Assembly: GCF_009914755.1 (NCBI RefSeq)
Contig: NC_060938.1
Length of the DNA: 64,000 nt
Strand: one strand, 5' to 3'
From: the human T2T-CHM13v2.0 reference genome, Homo sapiens
Position numbers and translations under genes: made by a program. Below are positions 56,866 to 64,000 of this stretch, one piece after another. Below the pieces are notes generated by a model that did not search any database, was not told the origin of the DNA, and saw only the letters and a list, made by a program, of their open reading frames with translations. The stretch's first letter is position 1. Each line of letters opens with the position of its first letter.

Positions 56866-57589
56866 CCATAACTTTGTTTTCAATGTAGTCATACATTAGC
56901 ATGCTAATCAATGTGTTAGTTCTTTAAGTTAGCAGAGTATTAATTATTGTCTCAGATATTTCTTTTATCTTTTGATCCCACCATGTTACTTTTCTCATAT
57001 TTTAACTCTTGGTTCACAGAACTATCTTCTCCAAGTTGAGGGTTTCTTAAGAAGGTGAGGGAGAGGAACGTGACATACTAATAATGGAGCATGGAGTTTA
57101 CTATCGAGAAAATACTCCACACACACTTGATGATTTTCTAAAATAATGAAGAAATGGAATTCTAGTGAAAGGACTATCATAAATTACCATGGTCAGGGGT
57201 ATCATTTTGTGTGCTTTATGCAAAATCTTAGGTTAGATGTTAGGGAAATGTAAATACAGAGATAAATAGTTCTAACTACCTTTATAAAGATCAAACTCTG
57301 TTAAAGAAAACATGAAAAATGAATAATATATATTGTTATGACTCCTTCATTTAATATTTGAATGAACATGAGCTAGTGGCTTTATCTGTGTAGGCCTATG
57401 TATCTTTATTCTCTAAGAATAAAAATATGATGAGGTGGAGGAGGGATGGGCTAAATAAAGTCAAAAATCCTTTCCGGCCTGGAAGTCCAGTGAGAATCAC
57501 TAGCAATATGTTTTTGTGATAACACAGAAGGAAAAACTATTTGTGCACAGCAGAAGTGTAATGGACTCCAATGTAAATATTTTTAATGC

Positions 57590-58220
57590 TTTTTTTTTCA
57601 CTTTTTACTTTGAAATAAATTTGAACTTCCAAAGTCTCAAAATAATGTAAGTTTTTCCCATGTAATCTTCACTTAGATTCTCCAAATGTTACAATGTTAT
57701 TACATTTGCACTCTTTTTTTTTTTTTGCAATTTTACTCCTTCTATCTTTATCTTTCTCTCTTTTTTTCTGAAATGTACTTTATAGTAACAGAAAAATATT
57801 CTAGTTCCAGAACCAATCCAGGATCATATGTTGCATTTAGTTACCATATCTCCTTAATCTCCTTTACTTTGGAAACGTTTTTCTGTTTCTTTTTGTTTTT
57901 CAAGGTATTGACAATTTTGAAGAGTACCAAGGAGTTTTGTACAACGTCCCTCAGTTAGCATGATGTTTGCTTAGGATTGTATTCAGGTTGTGCACTTTTG
58001 GGCAGAAATACCAGAGTGGTGATGTTTTTGCTCTTTTTCGTGCATCCTATCAGGAGGCACATGATCTTATTACACATATAATTAATTTTGATCACTTGAG
58101 TAAGGCATTGTCTTTCTGCACTAAAATGTTTCTCTTTTTTGCTATGAAACTATTAAGGGTGTTGTGAGAAGATATTTTGAGATTATGTATCTTATTTCTC
58201 ATCATAATTTTGCTCACTAG
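57590..58220 (-). mobile_element. L1MC-like 3' region
   Basis: ccaatccaggatcatatgttgcatttagtt...ttaattttgatcacttgagtaagg. Confidence 0.7.
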
Positions 58221-59484
58221 TCTTACATGAGAGAAGTTTGATGTCAAATTTTATATAATACTCAGATCACATAAAGTACAGTTACATACCAGCTTTATCT
58301 AGATCTTCTAATCATGAATAAACCTATCCAATCAAGAAACTGAGATAGTATTAATTATCTCCTTCCATAGCTTGAGAAGGTCAAGAGCCTCCTGAGTAAT
58401 TCAGTAGGGTTACTACTACACAGGCTGATGAATATTTGAAGAAATAACAGGTAGTCTCTTAGGAATCTTAGCTATTTAGCACATTTTTGCCACCTCATGT
58501 TTCAAAAGTATTTCAAAATGTATCACACATGTGGAGCATTTGTTTTTGCTTTGTTTGATTATTGGCTGGTCTTTTGGCTTGTAATTCTATGGAATATGAT
58601 AAACAGTTCTATGTAGACACTTTTTTATTTTAAAAATATACTTTTTTGGAGTATGAAGATATATATAGAGTGTTCCATTATGTTTTTGTCAGTGTTGGTG
58701 ATGCAAATGCTGATACATGAAGATGCAAATCTATGAATTACTTTGATTTACCAAAAAAACAAAAGCAAAACAATTTAATGCTTGGTTTACTGACTGATTG
58801 CAAAGATTAGATTTGATTTCCTTTTTTTTCTTTTTAAAATTATCATTCTTTCAAGCATTAGCTGACAGCTTAAATCTCTGTCAAACATTTTATTAACGAT
58901 ATGAAGTTAGGGGTAATCAGAATATTTATAATGGAAGATGCAGCTTGCCTCTTATTCATAGACATCATGAACATCAATTAGCCTGAGTAATAACATAAAT
59001 GACCCTTCAAAAATACAGACAAGCATAATCAAATGAGATTTAATTTAAAAGTAAAAAAAAAAAACAACTAATCTGAATTACTTGAGACCCAATTATCCAG
59101 GAAACTTGGATAAAAGTCAATCTATTTTTCACAAAGCATATGGCAAATCATTTACGTTTGCAAAGTGACAGCAAAGCTAAACATTCCAATTGTTAAAATT
59201 AAACTATCTTAAAGCAGCATGTATATACATATTAGTTTTGGGAAAGTGTGTTTTAGAGTTAAAATACATTAAAGCATAAAGTTAGATAAAGAACTTTCCT
59301 GATATCTCCTTGCCCTTAACATAAGATGATTCATTCCCAGGCCTCTAAGGTCATCGTTTATTAGTAAAAGAATTAATCACTGTTATTGTTTTCAGGAGCT
59401 ACTTGAAGAACTATTGGAAAAGCTGTTCAAAAATTTGAAACTGTGTGACAGTCAAATCATATTTTAGGAAATTTGAATATTTGT

Positions 59485-59544
59485 TGTATTAATCTGCACT
59501 TTCCAGAAAAAGAAAAACTAATAGGAGTTTACATATATGCAACT

Positions 59545-59591
<47 letters not shown>

Positions 59592-60030
59592 GAAAGAGAT
59601 TGACTATAAAGCACAGGCTCACATGATTTTTGAGGTTGAGATGTCCCAGATCTGTGGTGAGCAAGTTGGAGATGCAAGAGAGCCAATAATATAGTTTCAG
59701 CCCAAGTCTGAGGCCTGAGAACCAGGAGAATCAAGCAGGTAAGTTTCAGTCTGAGTTCAAGTCTGAAGGCTGGGGGAAAACAACAACAACAATGTCCCCA
59801 CTTGAAGACAGGCAAGGAGAAATAATATTTTCTTAGTCAGCCCTTTCTATTCAGGCCTGCAAAGGATTGGATGAGGCCCATCTGTATTGAAGAGAAATAT
59901 TCTCACAGACATAGCCAGTATTCTCACAAACATACCCAGTATTCTCACAGACATAACCAGAAATAATGTTTGATCAATCTGGGCACTTTGTGGCTCAGTC
60001 AAGTTGGTGAAAAAAAAAATAATCATCATA
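59485..60030 (-). mobile_element. MLT2 (B/C/D-like) ERVL LTR with internal (TG)n and a 21-bp triplication
   Basis: ttctattcaggcctgcaaaggattggatgaggccca...ccagaaataatgtttgatcaatctgggcactttgtggctcagtcaagttg. Confidence 0.9.
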
Positions 60031-60909
60031 TTTGTATTCAGTACTTATGCGGTATTAGAGGGAAAATATATCTGGAGACACGTAAAGTTTGGAGAGTATA
60101 TTGAATATTAAAATGGAAATATCTTGCAGTCTTTCCAAAAGAGTTCACAACTTTGAAGAGAATTTCTAATGAACTTTAAATTTTGTGAAGCATTTTCCCA
60201 GAAGTTATGGCTGATGTTTCAGACACATTTGTGATTGCTTAAGAGTCAAGAAAGAGATGAAGTAGTCTAAAAGTGGGTCTTTGTGGGTGTCACCACGTTT
60301 AATGCATGAGCAGGTACAACCTGAACCTTCTGTGAAAATAAGGAAAATTGGCACAAGATTTGATGAAAAAGAATACAGAGTTCCAGTGTCACAGAGTCAA
60401 TCCAGAAGGGCATGTCTAGCTGGGGGCAGAGGGGTGGGGAACTCTAACTCCAAGGAAATGCCTATGGATGGCATGCAGAACCATCCTGATAATAAGCTCA
60501 GTATTTACGTCAGATAGAAAACAATGGCATGAGCCAACATTTTGTGGTTCAATCCTATAGTTTCAAACAATACCTTTCAATTTGACATTCACATATATTT
60601 TTCTATTTCTTTAAGATTGGTTGATAGGGTATGTTTTCATAAAATTAGCTGTCACGAAATAGATTTAGGAAGAAAGCAAATGTTTTCAAATATAGTAATT
60701 CACAATAGAAACTAATAAATAAATACAAGTGGCTCTTTTGTAATACAGAAACAAAAGAAAAGCAAAGTCCCTGATAACCAAGAATGGTAAAAACTAATTT
60801 TGCATTTTAATATTTCTTTTGCTAAGGCTAAAATGATTTTAGAGATTGATAAAATTCCCTTAAAAATATATTAGGAATGCAGCAAAGAAAAATTTTAAAA
60901 AGTTTCACA

Positions 60910-60910
<1 letters not shown>

Positions 60911-60940
<30 letters not shown>
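60911..60940. repeat. (AC)15 microsatellite
   Basis: Read directly. Confidence 0.97.
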
Positions 60941-60944
<4 letters not shown>

Positions 60945-61813
60945 AAAGAGGAAGGTTAAACCCATTCCAGGTTTCTTTGTGAAAGAAATTGTGTTTTCTT
61001 GTGGTTTTTCATTGGGAATCTAAAATAATATGCACACATTTTAAAAAATGCTTATGACAACATCCTTGAAAAGAGATGCATAAGATCAATGTATTTGCCT
61101 TCTCTGATTTTTCCTTGATGTCATTATTATTATTTTCTCTTGATATATTTTTGCACAAGGCAGAAAAAATATATATTTATTATTGGAGGGACAAAATCAA
61201 AAGCAAATACTTTCATTCAAGGTCTAACATACTATGCTTAGGATGATTATGTCACTAATAAATTCATGATAAATTGGCCTAATATTTACCTATGTTCAAA
61301 TCAGCGAGGGATATTTTTTCATCATCTTTATCAGGATAAGTTCCTACTCATTCGAAAGATGGCAATGTGTCCTAGCAACCTCCTTCAATAATACTCACTC
61401 TTCCATAATTCCCTCCAGAATATAGCTCATCAAGTAATTTTTTTTTGAGACTGAGTCTTGCTCTGACTCACAGTCTAAATCCTCTTCCCTTCTCCTTCCT
61501 TTATAATTCCACTGAATATTATGTGTTGTGGAATTTTATCTGAAGAAAAATCATTCATACTTTAGTAATTTGGAAAATAATTATTTTGTGGTCATTCTCT
61601 GTTAAGCATGTATGAAATCGAAGCCCATACTGATGTCATTTTATTTAGGGCAACATTAAATGTCTCTTAAGGGAATATCTTAGTGTAATGTATAAAGTAC
61701 ACAATGGTAATTAATTATGCCTACTTCTCTATTTTTCTGCTCCCTTATCAGAAATTCAACATTTATAAACCTATTTTTGTCTTCAAGATTTATCTACTTA
61801 AGAATTACTTGCA

Positions 61814-61955
61814 TGGCTCCAGCCTGTAATCCCAGCACTTTGGGAGGCCGAGGTGGGCAGATCACGAGGTCAGGAGATCGAGACCATCCTGACTAACACG
61901 ATGAAATCCCGTCTCTACTAAAAATACAAAAACAAAATTAGTCGGGCGTGGTGGG
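61814..61955 (+). mobile_element. AluY-like left arm, truncated at both ends
   Basis: ggcagatcacgaggtcaggagatcgagaccatcctgactaacacg...aattagtcgggcgtggtggg, then unique sequence. Confidence 0.93.
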
Positions 61956-62049
61956 TAAGGTCTTATATACATGGATTTGATTACAGAAACTAATATAATA
62001 TCTTCTAAATAATGAAAACTAAACTAAACTAATCTGACTATCCACAATG

Positions 62050-62710
62050 AGGCTACCCTCACCACCTCCAGCTTTGTAAATACCAGTTTGTGTCACCATC
62101 AACTTTTACCTGGATCCTTGCAACAGCAACCTCTCTAAGTCTTTCTATTCTCAACTAAGTGCCTTGAGTAATGAGTTAAAATATAAGTAACACTGTGTCA
62201 CTGTTTTGCTCAAAACTTTTCAGTTTTTCATTGCTCTCAAAGTAAAAGACAAAGTTCTCCCAAAGGCTCAAAAAGCCCTTCTATGATCTGGTTTGCCATG
62301 ACCTCTTGCTTGCATCAACTATCTCTCTCCTCATCTCTCACTCCAGCTTCACTGGCCTTACGTTGCTTTCCAAAAACCACAAGCACAAACCTGCCTCAGG
62401 GCCTTTGCATTTGCTGTTTACACTAACACCAAAAAGTCACATGGCTCACTATTCCATTTCATCCAGTTCTTTGCTCAGATTTTACATTTGTAAGAACTTT
62501 CCTGATTTCCCTATGTAATATAGTAGCCACTACTCCCTTTCTAGCTCCTCTATTTCTCTTAGCACTGCCTCATTTTTCCTAATAGAAAGCAGGCTGCAAC
62601 AAGGTAGGAACATTGTTTTGCTTACCATGGGTCAGTGCCTGACCCATGGGAAATGCTCAATAGATAGTAAATAAATGAATGAAGATATGAATAAACGAAT
62701 AGGTGGATGG
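62050..62710 (+). mobile_element. L2a 3' portion
   Basis: cctgcctcagggcctttgcatttgctgtt...atgctcaatagatagtaaataaatgaatgaa. Confidence 0.85.
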
Positions 62711-62959
62711 ATACAGGAAAAAAGATATATCTTCTAAGTATATTATCTTTTTAAAGCTGTATATATAAGAAACATTTTATCAAATTGCATTTTCATTATG
62801 TGCAGTTCATTATATGTCAATTATACCTTAATAAAGGTATAAAAAACAGTAAACAAATTCAAAATTTTGTATATCAGTGGAATTCATCATGATATATTCA
62901 GGTGGTGACTAGCTACATGAATTGAGTCAATTAACTTATTATTATTTTCATTATCTTTT

Positions 62960-63264
<305 letters not shown>

Positions 63265-63779
63265 TTCATTGTCTTTTTCAAGGAGTGAACTTTAGCTAAG
63301 AGAAATCTTTGTTATTTCACATAGCCACAAACATAATATTCTTTGTCAGTAGATTCTGTCATCAGCTCTGACACCACAGAGTTTGATACTAGAGTCGTTC
63401 TGACAGCAGTCACATTTTCTGGTCTTCACTGGTAGTAATACAAACAGAAACATAAAAGATACAAAATAAAGTTAGAGACAGCAGCTAAAAATTCAATAAT
63501 TTTCTTGTTACTAGGATCAAAAACAGGGTTTAATTTAACTTCCAGGCTTCCCGTTTTTTTTTTTCTTTTAAACAGGATATGTTTGAGTTTATTCTTTAAA
63601 AACATTAAAAAAAAACCTTCTTTGAAACTACAAAATAGTATTGAATCTTTAAGGAGTGCAGTTTATTTCTTCATGTCTGATTGATCAGAAAGTTGAAAGA
63701 GTAAATTCTGTTCTGTTCTTTTGTGTTTTATAGTTTATGAGTATGTACATATATATATATAATTTAAGTCTTTCTAGGA

Positions 63780-63915
63780 TTTGGGGAGATGAGCAAGACG
63801 GGCATTGTTATTCTTGCTTTGTAATCAAGTAGCTGAGGCACAGAGAAGTTAGACGTACTGACGGTCAAAGAGGTATTAAGCATGGCTAAAACTGAGACCC
63901 CTGACTTCTCTCCTT
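63780..63915 (-). mobile_element. MIR
   Basis: gctgaggcacagagaagttagacg. Confidence 0.65.
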
Positions 63916-64000
63916 AATGCAGGACAACACTGCTAAAATACGGTCATGTGTGCCTGTCCTAATCAGAAATTCTTAGCAGAAGTTCAGTTTTAGGACAGTT

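Noticed and set aside
61436-61468. Alu-end-like scrap tttttttttgagactgagtcttgctctg
   Set aside because: Probably a severely truncated Alu, but too short to assign or interpret.

Overview
AT-rich primate (human-like) genomic DNA, intergenic or deep-intronic. I found no protein-coding exon, RNA gene or CpG island that I can support. Much of the window is transposable-element sequence: L1 of several ages (L1ME/MC/MB, L1MA, L1PB, L1PA), about 15 Alu pieces (J, S, Y), MaLR/ERVL LTRs (THE1, MST, MLT1, MLT2, LTR33-like), L2, MIR, MER58A and microsatellites. The long ORFs in the track are L1 ORF2 remnants, Alu/LTR read-through or low-complexity artefacts. Repeat subfamily names come from recalled consensus sequences and are approximate. 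I see no evidence for a new multi-gene system. The most interesting observations are small rearrangement events: (1) a 324-bp TSD-flanked insertion of foreign sequence inside an L1, resembling a retrocopied transcript 3' end; (2) a ~230-bp direct duplication whose first copy abuts an L1PB 5' junction; (3) a close inverted Alu pair with 95% identical arms and a palindrome in the spacer; (4) a twin-primed L1PB; (5) several multi-level TE nests; (6) a few candidate non-coding exons and enhancer-like motif clusters.
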